64,000 nucleotides of DNA from Octopus sinensis (Eukaryota): the NCBI RefSeq assembly GCF_006345805.1, contig NC_043025.1, positions 15,686,001 through 15,750,000 of the forward strand, given 5' to 3'. Shown here in pieces: positions 26,191 to 39,404 of this stretch. A model generated the notes under the pieces. That model had not been told where the DNA came from and did not search any database. It saw only the letters and a program-made list of their open reading frames with translations. Each line of letters begins with the position of its first letter. Position 1 is the stretch's first letter. A program made the position numbers and the translations under genes.

Positions 26191-26651
26191 AGTATATATA
26201 TATATATGTATATATGTGTGTGTGTGTGTGTGTATAAATTCATGACAAAATATATGGACTCAGCTAATCCTGTGGTACTCATAAAAAAACCCTCCTTAAT
26301 GTATCTTTCTACAAAGACTAATCGAATATGTAGCACAATATAATAGAAAAGCATAAGCAGTGTATAAAATTATAAATAACAAGAAAAAGAAACTCTGATA
26401 AAATTTATTTTACTATAGGAAATTCTTATTTAACGACAAATCTTCCATAACTAAATAAAACATTTATACATGATTTATTTTATTATATTCTATAATAATT
26501 AATAAATTATTTACATGCCCTCATTAATATAAACGATCTTTAAATTAATGCAAACATTAAGCTAGCTTTTTGGGTTAAGAGAAATCCATGTTAAAAATAC
26601 TACCCCGACATTTTAACTTGAAGAGTTAGCTTAATATCTACATTGATTTAA

Positions 26652-26940
26652 CCCTTTAGTGTTCGCATTATTCTGCCAAAATCCTCTGTTTTGGAGGCAC
26701 AAGGCCTCAAATTTCGTAATGATGATAATAATGATAATCTTCTGCCAAAATTAATCCTTTTTATCCACATTGTTTTGAACTAATCCTACATTATCTTGTA
26801 GCTATGAGATTTTGATGAGGTAGCTGCTAATTTTTAAAACGATATTGTAGGATTGGTGTGAGAGACCAGATCTGGCCAGTTTGAACATAAAACAGGCAGA
26901 ATACTTTTGGCCGGATATGGCCGGTTTAAATGCTAAAGGG
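26652..26940. mobile_element. piggyBac-type MITE
   Basis: TTAA|CCCTTTAG...CTAAAGGG|TTAA: TTAA target-site duplication and 8-bp TIRs. Confidence 0.75.
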
Positions 26941-27192
26941 TTAAAGGTTGTTTATCTTAATTCAGACATGCAACATGTGATTTATTACTTATTATGAAAT
27001 ATGATGGACGAAATTCTCTACTCAGGTTTATTAAGGTGTGAAACAATTGTCATTAAATGAGAATTTTCAATGCGAGAATAAAATAGATTTTATCATAATA
27101 TATTTCTCTTATTATTCATAATCTTATACACACACACACACACACAGATAGATAGATATTTAGATATATACGTGCACACACACACACATATG

Positions 27193-27237
<45 letters not shown>

Positions 27238-27241
27238 AGTG

Positions 27242-27580
27242 AAGGCACATGGCTCAGTGGTTAGAGCGTCGAGCTTACGATCGTGAGGTTGTGAGCTCGA
27301 ATCCCGGACCGGGCTGCGTGTTGTGTTCTCGAGCAAGGCACTTTATTTCACGTTGCTCCAGTTCACTCAGCTGTAGAAATGAGTTGCGACGTCACAGATG
27401 CCAAGCTGTATCGACCTTTGTCTTTCCCTTGGGTAACACTGGTGGCATGGAGAGGGGAGGCTGGTATGCATGGGCGACTGCTGGTCTCCCATAAACAAAC
27501 TTGCCCGGACTTGTGCCTAGGAGGGTAACTTTCTAGGTGCAATCCCATGGTCATTCATGACCGAAGGGGTCTTTACCCTT
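27242..27580 (+). mobile_element. tRNA-derived SINE
   Basis: TGGCTCAGTGGTTAGAG (A box), CTCGAATCC (B box) and conserved body GAGCAAGGCACTTTATTTCACGTTGCTCCAG. Second copy at 62062-62400. Confidence 0.85.
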
Positions 27581-28033
27581 TATATATATATATATATATA
27601 CATACATATGTGTGTGTGTGTATATGTATATATGTAACTTCACAAAGCCTTATCCAAACATGGAGACGTTTTACTGGCATTTTTTAAGTAGAATGCTTGA
27701 AAATTGAAAGTTTTCCGTATGAAACCATTGGTAACATGCTTAACTCACAAATAAAGAATATATATATATACATATATATATATGCAAGAGTTACTCACTC
27801 AATCATTTTCTCTTTGAGCTCATCAATATATAAACAGTTCAGTTATTCTGAAAAACTGAAATGCTCGTCAACGATACTGATGGAAAACAAAAACAAGAAA
27901 AATATATACATGCACACACATATTTGTTTACATATATAAATGTGTATGTACATATATATGTGTGTGTGTGTGTGTGTGTATGTATATATATATATATATA
28001 TACACGCAGTGTTGTGTATGTACATATATATAT

Positions 28034-28420
28034 AGGCGCAGGAGTGGCTGTGTGGTAAGTAGCTTGCTAACCAACCACATGGTTCCGGGTTCAGTCCCAC
28101 TGCGTGGCATCTTGGGCAAGTGTCTTCTGCTATAGCCCCGGGCCGACCAATGCCTTGTGGGTGGATTTGGTAGACGGAAACTGAAAGAAGCCTGTCGTAT
28201 ATATGTATATATATGTATGTATGTATGTTTCTGTGTCTGTGTTTTCCCCCTAGCATTGCTTGACAACCGATGCTGGTGTGTTACGTCCCCGTCACTTAGT
28301 GGTTCGGAAAAAAGAGACCGATAGAATAAGTACTGGGCTTACAAAGAATAAATCCCGGGGTCGATTTGGTCGACTAAAGGCGGTGCTCCAGCATGGCCGC
28401 AGTCAAAGACTGAACAAGTA
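28034..28420 (+). mobile_element. tRNA-derived SINE (OR-like family) with 3' tail
   Basis: GGCGCAGGAGTGGCTGTGTGGTAAG...GGTTCAGTCCC head and tail ...CAGCATGGCCGCAGTCAAA. Other copies at about 45828-46195 (+), 55660-56085 (-) and 58905-59345 (-). Confidence 0.8.
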
Positions 28421-28439
28421 AAAAAAATTTTAAAAAAAG

Positions 28440-28480
<41 letters not shown>

Positions 28481-28485
28481 TAGAT

Positions 28486-28682
28486 ACAACTTATAAACAA
28501 GGGCAAACGAAAAAGTTTCTAATGCCAAATATGCCAAAATTGGAAATATTGTCCATTACCATATAATTTTTCACAATACGCACGTGTGTATTGTGAAAAA
28601 TTATATGGTAATGGACAATATGTCCAATTTTTGGCATATTTGGCATTAGAAACTTTTTCGTTTGCCCTTGTTTATAAGTTGT
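28486..28682. repeat. 197-bp near-perfect palindrome without spacer
   Basis: ACAACTTATAAACAAGGGC... mirrors ...GCCCTTGTTTATAAGTTGT, centred on CAC|GTG at 28583/28584, with a few mismatches and one indel. Confidence 0.92.
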
Positions 28683-28763
28683 TTATAATTTTAACCTTTA
28701 AAGGTATTTTTTTATATGCTGGCCATTGATAAAAATTTTTTTCGAAAAAATTTTATCCTACAT

Positions 28764-28797
<34 letters not shown>

Positions 28798-29192
28798 CTA
28801 TATATATATTATATACATATAAAATAAAAATTAGAGATAAAACCACTATTATGCAACTCAAACAGTGACAGACCTGATATACACACACACACATACATAA
28901 TATGTTATATATACATTTATATATGTAAACATATGTGTGTGTGTGTATTTTTCTTGTTTTTGTTTTCCATCAGTATTACTCTCTAATATTATTATTATAT
29001 TATATACATATATATTTTATATGTGTGTGTATGTGTGTATATATGTTATATGATATTATATATATATATATATATATTATATATAATATATATAATAATT
29101 ATATATATATATATACACATATATATCTTTCTATGTATGTATACAAATATATAACACATACATATATATACATAAATATATACTTATACATT

Positions 29193-29223
<31 letters not shown>

Positions 29224-30610
29224 TAATGCTTATTTTTTGCTCGAATCAAATATATAAACAATTTAATATATTACTGAAGGATTACTTAATACATTTCAGT
29301 ACAATATATGCTTATCAACTTTTACAAGGCAAAAGCTGATAGTGACTTCGAAGTCACTGTCACCCTTTCCTTTGCAAAAGTTGATAAACAAACGCCCGCA
29401 CATACACACACACACACACACACAATATTTATATACATATAAATAACAAAAATACTTGAATTTAAATGCAAAACAGGCCCCGTGTTATTTGAATAACAAT
29501 ATAATATACTTTGCTATTTTTTGTTGTTGTTTAGCCCTAGGTCAGCCCTGATCCAGCTGATCAATGATCAAATGTACTTCTGTCCATGATTGCCCTGTCT
29601 TTTCAAAAATTATAAATCTAAAATAACCATTTACAATACATTCTTTTTATTTATGGCTTGTGCTTAGAGCGATTGTGGCTGTTATTTCTAGCAAGCCAAG
29701 CGACCACAGAGAGATTACTACGTGGCTCCACATATTTCAAAAATGGCCGTACATAGCATGTTTCTTTGAGTATTTTTGAAACTCTGAGTTATATAGAAAG
29801 CAATCCTTATACAATGTATTTGTGTGGTTAATAAAACACCGAGAAAAATATACTCCATGTTTGTTATTGTTTGTTTTATGTTTTTTTATAATTTATTTGT
29901 TATTTCGTGGAGAGTTGGAAGAATTTTTTCGCTCTTCAGACAAAACGCTTCACAGCATTTCTTCCATCTCTTTACAGTTCAAATCCTACCAAGATCAACT
30001 TTATTCTTCATCCCTTCAGGGTTAGTAAAATGAATCCCAGTCAAGTCCTGGGGATTAGGTGCAGTCGACAAGGACCCTTTCCGAAAATTTCAGACATTTT
30101 TTTATGTATTAGAAAGAATACACAAAAAAAGCAGGTCAATCTGGCTGAACTGTTAGAGCATCAGAGAAAAATATCTTTGCTGTATTTATTCCAGCACTGT
30201 AGATTCTGGGTTCAAATTCTGCTAAGGTTAACCTTAATGTTTAATCTTCTCAAAAATTGGCAATGGGCTGACAGAATTGTTAGTTCGTTGGACATAATGC
30301 TTAGCAGCCTTTCCTCTGTTCTCACATTCGGACTTAAAATTCTGCCAAGATCAACTTTGCCTTTCCTCCTTTGGGGGTTGATACAATAAGGTCCAATCGA
30401 CCACTGGAGTTGATGTAATTGATTTAATCCCACCCCTTAACTTTCTGGCCTTGTCCCAAGATTTGAAACCCTCGACTTTATGATTATTATTATTATTATT
30501 ACTACTACTACTACTATTATAATTATTATTATTACTACTACTACTACTACTACTATTATTATTTTATTATATCATTATTATTATTATTATTATAATTATT
30601 ATTATTATTA

Positions 30611-30969
30611 TCAGTAGTTTTATTTTATATCGTGCTTTCACTTCACTACCGAGCGCAGCTCTGTGTGCCTTGGGTATGTGCTGTGATTGTGTGATGCTCT
30701 GATGGTTATTGTATGGAAAAGTTCTGCGTAGGATGTGTGCAGGCCTAGTAGTGCAATTTTCTGTATGTTATATGTGTTTGTAAGTCCTGGTGTTTTTGTT
30801 ATGTATTTGTCTGAATATTTTTTTAATAATGCTAATGCACCTACTTATGATAGGAATGGTTTCTGTTTTCAGATTCCACATTCTGGTTACCTCTATTTCC
30901 AGGTCTTTGTATTTTGAGAGTTTCTCCATTTCTTTTAGAGACACGTTGTCATCAGCCAGTATTGATACA
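30611..30969 (-). mobile_element. 3' end of a Dong/R4-clade (REL endonuclease) non-LTR retrotransposon
   Basis: Minus strand reads DDNVSLKEMEKLSKYKDLEIEVTRMWNL...IQKIAL.G.HILRRT, then UTR and (TAA)n. Second copy at 60446-60750. Confidence 0.8.
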
Positions 30970-30991
30970 TAATAATAATATTATTATTATT

Positions 30992-31447
30992 GAGTGAGAG
31001 AGCAGTTCATGCCATCAAAGTGACACTGGGGTAAAATATACGAAGCCAAATATACCCATCATGACTACCCGTCTGATAAAGGTACACCAGGCTCATGCAT
31101 CACAACAATTAGGTGCGCGACATGGTGATCTCATATCAAGATAAACAGCACATGACTGCCTGCAGGTGGGGCCCAGTTAGATTTTCTTCAGGGTTGAGTA
31201 GCCCATCCCGCTCAAAAGGTCCCTGAATAAGGATTGTTTAAGGATGTTGAAAGAACCACCCGTGTTTCCAGAGGTGAATTATTCAAACCCCAAAGAATCC
31301 CTCTCAACACATGGCTATGATGCTCCCCCACTACTTCTGCTCGTGATCAGAGATGCACATATCGTCAGCCACTAAGGGACATGCTCAACTGGTTAAGGTC
31401 AAACAACTGACAAGCAAATCTGTGGTATTGAGCAGAATATTTGCTGT
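30992..31447. mobile_element. ~490-bp dispersed repeat in (ATT)n, copy 2
   Basis: Near-identical to 22994-23485. Confidence 0.8.
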
Positions 31448-31594
31448 ATTATTATTACTATTATTATTATTATTATTATTATGTGTATTTTAATACGCTA
31501 AGGCTGAATGCATTACATTGTCATGTGTAAGGTTTCATTATTATTAGTAGTAGTAGTAGTATTAATATTAATATTATTATTATTATTATTATTT

Positions 31595-31628
<34 letters not shown>

Positions 31629-32224
31629 CATTATATTATTATTATTATTATTATTATAAAAACCACAGAGTTTAATGCAGTTACTAAACTATCTTGTTTT
31701 TACCAGCTTAATAAACGGCAAAATAAATTAATATATATGCCCCAGCATGGCCACAGCTCAAGAGCTGAAACTGGAAAACAAAACAAAACAAATATATACA
31801 AAAGGCCTTGTAAACTGCAGCCTCCATGGGTAATTGCGTTTCACAAGGTTTCTTGTGGTCTTTATTATTACATCTGTAAATCTTGACTGACTGATTGATT
31901 GCTATACTATTTGTTGGACATCATACCTTACATGCATACACACACACACACCTATATATATTATTTGTTCAGCTGACCAGAGTCTGTAAATGACCATTGT
32001 AATACAGCTGTGGATATCTTAGATTAATTTCTGTTCTGCAAAATTAAAAGAAGGACATTGAGCAAAGCTTTGTAAAATGCTTACAGAACAAAACAGAGAA
32101 CATTTGTGAAGACATGGCCTCAGAAAACTAGATTTTGTGGTTCACTTTTCTTTCTTTTTCTCAATAGAGAAGAATTATATAATGTCTAGGTGTCAGGGAA
32201 TTTGTACTACACATTTAAGAAGAG

Positions 32225-32231
32225 ATTTCAG

Positions 32232-32269
<38 letters not shown>

Positions 32270-32668
32270 CATACATGTATTATATATATATATATCTATA
32301 TATATATATTATATATATATATATATATATACATATATATACATGTGTATGTATATATATATATATATATAATATATATTATACAATATTATATATATCT
32401 ATATATAATATATATATATATATAATATATAATATATAATATATATAATAATATATATAATATATTATATATATATATATTAAATATAACTTTATAATAT
32501 ATATATATATAATATATATATATTATACATAATATAATATATACATATATATATATATATATAATTATATATATAATATATATACTCTATATATATATAT
32601 ATAATATATATAATATATATATATATAATAGATATATATATATATATATATTATATATATTATATATA
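32225..32668. repeat. (TA)n-rich microsatellite
   Basis: Direct observation. Confidence 0.9.
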
Positions 32669-32799
32669 CCGTTAATCAAATATATTCAATGAGAATACAA
32701 TATACTGATTTCTAATAAATGCTCTTGGTAGGGAAATGTCTGAAACATTAAAGGTGTTTAGATATTTAATAAGAGTGATTATATATTATATTATAAAAT

Positions 32800-34060
32800 A
32801 AGAGTAGGAAAATTACATCAAAAAATCATTACAGAAGATATACGTCCAGAATTATTTTACATTAATAGATAGATGTATAAATATATTAAGTATGATTATT
32901 TAAAAAGTTTAAAAGTTTAAAATATCTTACGATCGTTTCCTAAATTTATTATCCTTCGAAACAGGATCTAAAATTGATTATCATTATTAGGTAATACATC
33001 CACTCGTCAGAGAAAGAGAGGGTGAATTTCCATGTAGTCAATCGAATGCTTATTATTTTTTATTATTATCATTTAACATCCGTGTTCCATGCTAGCATGG
33101 GTGGGATGGTACCACAAGAGCCAGTCAGGCCGAAGCCTGCACCGGACTGCTATGATTGTTTTGACAGGATTTTTACAGCTGGATGCCCTTCCTAAAACCA
33201 ACCACTCAGCAGAGTGGACTTAGTGCTTTTTATGTGGCACAAGCACAGGTGAGGTCAGTTTTGGCAAGGTTTTTACAGCAGAATGCCCTTCCGAACACCA
33301 ACCACTATACAGTGTGGTCTGGGTGCTTTTGAGTGTCACCAAGGGTCACCAAGTATTTGTAAGACAAAAACTTTTAAGAGAAGAGGAGGCATTGAAGGAG
33401 GTGATGATGAAAAGGTTATATAGTGGGACAGATATAGTTGTCTTGCTGAAGAAGAAGTACACGGTTACCCGGCCGGAGAGAGAAAGATCAAGAATGAAGA
33501 CAGAAAGAGGTGTGCTACCGCAAAGAAAATACACAGTTGCCCAGCATGAGGAAAGTGCAGGAGAAGGAGAGAGAGAGAGGGGGGAGTAGGAGACTGCAGG
33601 ATGGAGATGGTGGCTATTTAAAAATATATTAAAAAGATGCTGTTTAAAGATATTTAAAAAGTTACTGACATAGACATTTGTTGGTACAATCCTATGCTAA
33701 AAATTTTGAAGAAATAATATACATCCATGGTAAAAATCCTCTGAGGTAATCCATAATGGCTGTGTATAAATATAAATCCATCTTTTTCATATATTTTTAA
33801 ATAGGATCCGATTGACTACCTGGAAATTCAGCCTCTTTCTTTCTGATGGTTGGATGTATTACCTAATGGTTATTATTAATTTTAAATCCCATTTCAAAAG
33901 CTAATAAACACATGAAATGAACGTAAGATATTATAAACTTTCAAACTTTATAAATAATCATATTTTATATATTTATACATCTATCTATTAATGCAATATT
34001 ATTTTGGACCTGTATCTCCTGCGATGATTTTTTGATGTAATTTTCCTGCAATAATTTTAT
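32800..34060. mobile_element. Diverged inverted repeat pair (about 32800-33046 and 33803-34060), probable PLE pLTR remnants
   Basis: GATTGACTACMTGGAAATTCASCCTCT...GGATGTATTACCTAAT occurs in opposite orientations. Each arm has a decayed hammerhead-like motif. Confidence 0.6.
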
Positions 34061-34317
34061 AATAAAATATAATATAATGTAATATAATATGGATATATAT
34101 ATATATTATATATATAAAAAGGAAAGTTAAGAGAAAATAAATAAAAGACAAAGGCAAGGTGTGTACAAATAAACAGATGTATTAGTATAGTGCTCAGAAA
34201 TAGAAAAAGTCTTTTTACGTTCGAGCCTACACTCTTAGACAGAAAGATACAAAGAAAAAAAACAAGGAGAGAAGAAAAAAAATATATATAATATATGTAT
34301 ATGGTATATACATATAT

Positions 34318-34384
<67 letters not shown>

Positions 34385-34488
34385 ATATATGTATATATAT
34401 ATATATTATATATATATATATATATTATATATATGTATATATATATGTGTGTGTGTGGGTGTATATATATATGTATATATATATATAT

Positions 34489-34520
<32 letters not shown>

Positions 34521-34603
34521 GCTATGTGGTGTGTGTGTGTGTTGTGTATATATATATATGTGTGCGTGTGTGTGTTGTATATTATATATGATTATATATA
34601 TAA

Positions 34604-37006
34604 ATATTGTTATATTTCGGAATGGTCATATTGCCAGTTTTAGCCAATAAAAAACACACGCACTATATATTTGGTGTTATTTTGCTTCAGTGATATTTAT
34701 TTTTTACATTAATCTTAATCTTATTTCGGCCAAAGTTCTTTCGTCACACTGATGTGACCGCCCAGTGGTCCTTTGCTTTCTTCTTTCTTATTTGTGTGTC
34801 TCTCCTACTAACCGTCAGCCATTTTGTATTTCTATTGTATGTCTTCATTTTGCATGCTTATCTCTATGTGCGTCTATGTTTATTAGTGTGTGTGTGTGGG
34901 GGGGGGGGGGATGCCTGTAATATTTGTATCTTCTGGTTATATACATCTTGTAATTTGTATTGTTTTTGTTGTTGTTGCTTTTGTTCTAATTTTGTTCATG
35001 TGTTACATCCACCCATTATTATCATTACATATGCTTGTATGTATGTATAACAACAATATTAGTAATAATAATAATAAATCTAATGAAAAAAAAAAAAAAA
35101 AAAAAAAAAAAGGAATATACATATACATATCATATATACATACACATACATATATATATATATATATATACATATACACCACACATATATACACATATAC
35201 ATACATATATATACACATATACATATATATAGATATTCATTTTCTATTCTTTAATTACCTGTGTATTTATTATGTTTGCAGATCCACTATTGTCATATGT
35301 TGTGGTGTGCGCTATTGCTCCATTCTAGTTTTCTATTCAGGCTAGGTTTATTTCTATTATATGTGTAGCTTCTGTAATGTCTAATTGTTGCATCTGTTCT
35401 ATGTGTGGACAAATCTTAATCTCTATGTTATTGATTGATCCCCTGTGTTCTTGTTCGGCGTGTTGGTACAGAATCGATGAGCTTTACCTTCCTTGAGTTG
35501 TCTCCAATGTTCATTCACCCGCTCACCAATGCTTCTTGCAGTTTCCCCTACGTATGTTACTGTCTTGTTACTGCATCGTCCCTCTATACATCTTATACTA
35601 TAGACCACATTTCTGGCTTTACAGTTCGTTTGTGGGCTAAATCTACATACAGTGCAATAGTTATCCATACAGAGAGTTCTACTAAAAGGATAGCTTCTAC
35701 CAATTATAGATCTGATAGGGTTGCTGGCTTTTCAACAACCTTAATTCTTAGTTTAAGTTTATCTAGGGTCCTTCTAAAGCGGTACGCTAGTTCACCTCCA
35801 GGGGTGGTGTCAACGAACATGACACTCTGGTATTTATGGCTATCATACCAAGAGTTGGCCTTCCCTTATTTTTTTTTGTCCTTTCTATAGTGTTCCATGA
35901 CTTGTTCCTATAGAGTGGGCAAATCCCATTCCTATCATTACATAATATATTATCAAATTTCTTCATGGCTCCTTTGTATACTCTGATCCTTTCTTTATGG
36001 CTGTAACCTGAGAACTGCATGCGGTGAATGAAGTACTGTATGTGTCTTTTTAATTCTGTAGGCTCGCACATGCGTGACACATTTCTCATTATTCTGACGA
36101 GGTCTGCCATCAAAATATTGAATTTGGCATTGCCCGCAATGAACAAATTACACCGAACAAGAACACGGGGGATCAATCAATAACATAGAGATTAAGATAT
36201 TGTCCACACATAGAACAGATGCAACAATTAGACAAATTACAGAAGCTACACATATAATAGAAAATAAACCTAGCCTGAATAGAAAACTAGAATGGAGCAA
36301 TAGCGCACACCACAACATATGACAATAGTGGATCCTGCAAACATAATAAATACACAGGTAATAAAGAAATAGAAATGAATATCTATATATATGTATATGT
36401 GTATATATATGTATATGTATATGTGTATATATGTGTGTGTATATGTATATATATATATATATATGTATATGTATGTGTATGTATATATTATGTATATTGT
36501 ATATTCCTTTTTTTTTTTTTTTTTTTCCATTAGATTTATTATTATTACTAATATTGTTGTTATACATACATACAAGCATATGTAATGATAATAATGGGTG
36601 GATGTAAACACATGAAACAAATTAGAACAAAAGCAACAACAACAAAACAAATTACAAATTACAAGAATGTATATAACCAGAAGATACAAATATTACAGGC
36701 ATCCCCCCCACACACACACTAAATAAACATAGACGCACATAGAGATATAAGCATGCGCAAATGAAGACATACAATAGAAATATAAAATGGCTGACGGTTA
36801 GTAAGGAGAGACACAAGTAAGTGAGAAGAAAACAAAGGACCACTGATGCGGTCACAGGAGTGTGACGAAAGAACTTTGGCCGAAATAAGATTAAGATTAA
36901 TGTAAACAAAAATAAATATCACTGAAGCAAAATAACACCAAATATATAGTGCGTGTGTTTTTATTGGCTAAACTGGCAATATGACCATTCCGAAATATAA
37001 CAATAT
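34604..37006 (-). mobile_element. 5'-truncated Penelope-like element with inverted pLTR (arms 34604-35462 and 36149-37006)
   Basis: Minus strand: RT-thumb-like region (MQFSGYSHKERIRVY...CPLYR), GIY-YIG nuclease (CTVC...TNCKARNVVYSIRC...YVGETARSIGERVNEH) and C-terminus ENKPSLNRKLEW. The ~860-bp 3' segment is duplicated in inverted orientation. Confidence 0.9.
36837..36881 (+). ncRNA. Hammerhead-like motif in pLTR (atypical core); mirror copy at 34728-34771 (-)
   Basis: GGACCA-CTGATGCG-GTCACA(GGAG)TGTGAC-GAAA-GAAC-TT/TGGCC. Confidence 0.45.
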
Positions 37007-37320
37007 CTGTTTCAACACACGACTTCACATAAAAAATCTTGCACAACAAATATTTAAACGTATATATATAATAATTTGAGGGAATATTATTCCTAACTTA
37101 CAGGGAAAAATTCAATTTAGAAATACTAAATCAAATTTCACAAAATATAATATATGTATAAAAATTAGAAAAAAACACTTTTTATCAATTCAAAATGAAC
37201 GATTAAATTACACCATCTAGAAAATTACATATAATAGAAATATTACATATAAAATAACAATAATTTACCGAAGATTAAGTAAATTGCAAAACATAATAAA
37301 AACGTATATATTTGGTATAA

Positions 37321-37424
37321 TAACGACACGTGTTTCGTGGCTATATTAAGAAATGATTATAGTAAAAAAATTAGTAGTAGTAGTAAAATATAAAATAGCT
37401 ATAAAATAGCCACTCATCAGGTTA
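37321..37424 (-). ncRNA. Minimal hammerhead ribozyme, canonical core, with long stem II loop
   Basis: Minus strand: TAAC-CTGATGA-GTGGCTAT...(~60 nt AT-rich)...ATAGCCAC-GAAA-CACGTG-TC/GTTA. Palindromic stem III (ACACGTGT) and GUC cleavage site. Confidence 0.75.
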
Positions 37425-38039
37425 AAAATAAACTACAATAATAAAATAATTAATTAATAAAAATACCTAGATTATATTTTAAAATATAAATATATTCTTT
37501 AAAATATATATATATATTTATATATATAAGATACTAAATATACATTAAGTGAAAACTAAATACAATACTTTAAAATTAATTAATATATACAATGCTAGTA
37601 CAAGCCATTAATATTGTAATCAAAATAAGAAATGGTTCAAATATAGACAAACTCATTAAATAAACTAACTATATAATTAATATATATGTGTAGTTTCTAT
37701 AGGTTTAATATATCACTCAATAATATAGTTGACCAAATATCAATTAATATAAAACCTAATTTACTTAAATTTAATACTACTTAATAAATATACCACCTAA
37801 TTATTAAATAATATATTGTCTAACAAAATTAATTCTCAAATTAAATTAAATGTAATACGTTAGATCCCTTTATAAAAATAATAATAAATCATTCTAAATA
37901 ATTAATAACTATCATAGCTTATAACTATCAATATATATAAAGAATAAGTCCTGGGGTCGATTTGGTTGACTAAAGGTGGTGCTCCAGCATGGCCACAGTC
38001 AAATGACTGAAACAAGCAAAAGAGTAAAGAGAGTAAAGA

Positions 38040-38089
<50 letters not shown>

Positions 38090-38519
38090 TTATATGTACA
38101 TATGTATGTATATATATAGATATAGAGATACAATAAACATACATATATATATATACAAAGTATGTGCATACATACATATATAGATCTATATCATCAAATG
38201 TGTATATATATATAATAGATAGATGAATAGACACATATATACAAATAGATGTATATTTTTATATATACATGTACATACATTTATTCACACACAAATATAT
38301 ATATTAACGCATGCACAAACACGCATACACACCTGTGTGTTTTATTCCTACTCAAAATAACTAGAAACACTAGAAACAAAAGCAGAATTCTTCTTTCAGT
38401 TTTACAGATTTACGTCAAACACAAAAGATTAACATCACTGTAGATGAAAAAATTGACAAATATATTATTATTAGTAGTAGTATTATTATATGTACAAATA
38501 TATATATATATGTACAGAG

Positions 38520-38563
38520 AGAGAGAGACAGAGAGACAGAGAGAAAGAGAGAGTGGGAGAGAC

Positions 38564-38614
<51 letters not shown>

Positions 38615-38615
38615 G

Positions 38616-38660
<45 letters not shown>

Positions 38661-39027
38661 TATAATTAGATAGACAGACAGACAGACAGATAGATAGATA
38701 AATAGATAGATAAATAGATAGATAAATAGATAGATAGATAGATAGATATATAGTTAGATAGACAGACAGACAGGTAGATAGACAGATAGATAAATAGATA
38801 GATAGATAAATAGATAGATAGATAAATAGATAGATAGATAAATAGATTGATAGATTAATAGAGAGATAGATAGATAGATAGTAGACAGACAGACAGACAG
38901 GCAGGCAGACAGGCAGGCAGGCAGGCAGGCTGGCAAGCAGGCAGGCAGGCAGGCAGGCAGGCAGACAGACAGACAGACAGACAGACAGATAGATAGATAG
39001 ATAGATAGATAGACAGATAGGTAATGT

Positions 39028-39070
<43 letters not shown>

Positions 39071-39135
39071 CAGACAGACAGACAGATAGATAAATAGATA
39101 GACAGGTAATGTAGATAGATAGATAGATAGATATC
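38520..39135. repeat. Compound (GA)n/(GATA)n/(GACA)n/(GGCA)n microsatellite
   Basis: Direct observation. Confidence 0.93.
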
Positions 39136-39404
39136 CATTTCCATGTGTGCTGTACGCAAAACAGTTGAGTAATTCTGAAGATTAATGCTGACTAAAATTG
39201 AGAGCAGATTTTAAGATATTTTTCTCATTTATGTTTATAGTTTCTTGGATTTTCTCTTGTTTTTTTCTTCAACCATTCTACATACTATGTGTGTGCCTAC
39301 ATATATGTATAAGTATCTACATGTGTGTGTGTGTGTGTGTCATCGTCATCGTTTGCCTATGTGTATGTGTGTGGTGTGTATATATATATATATATATATG
39401 TGTG

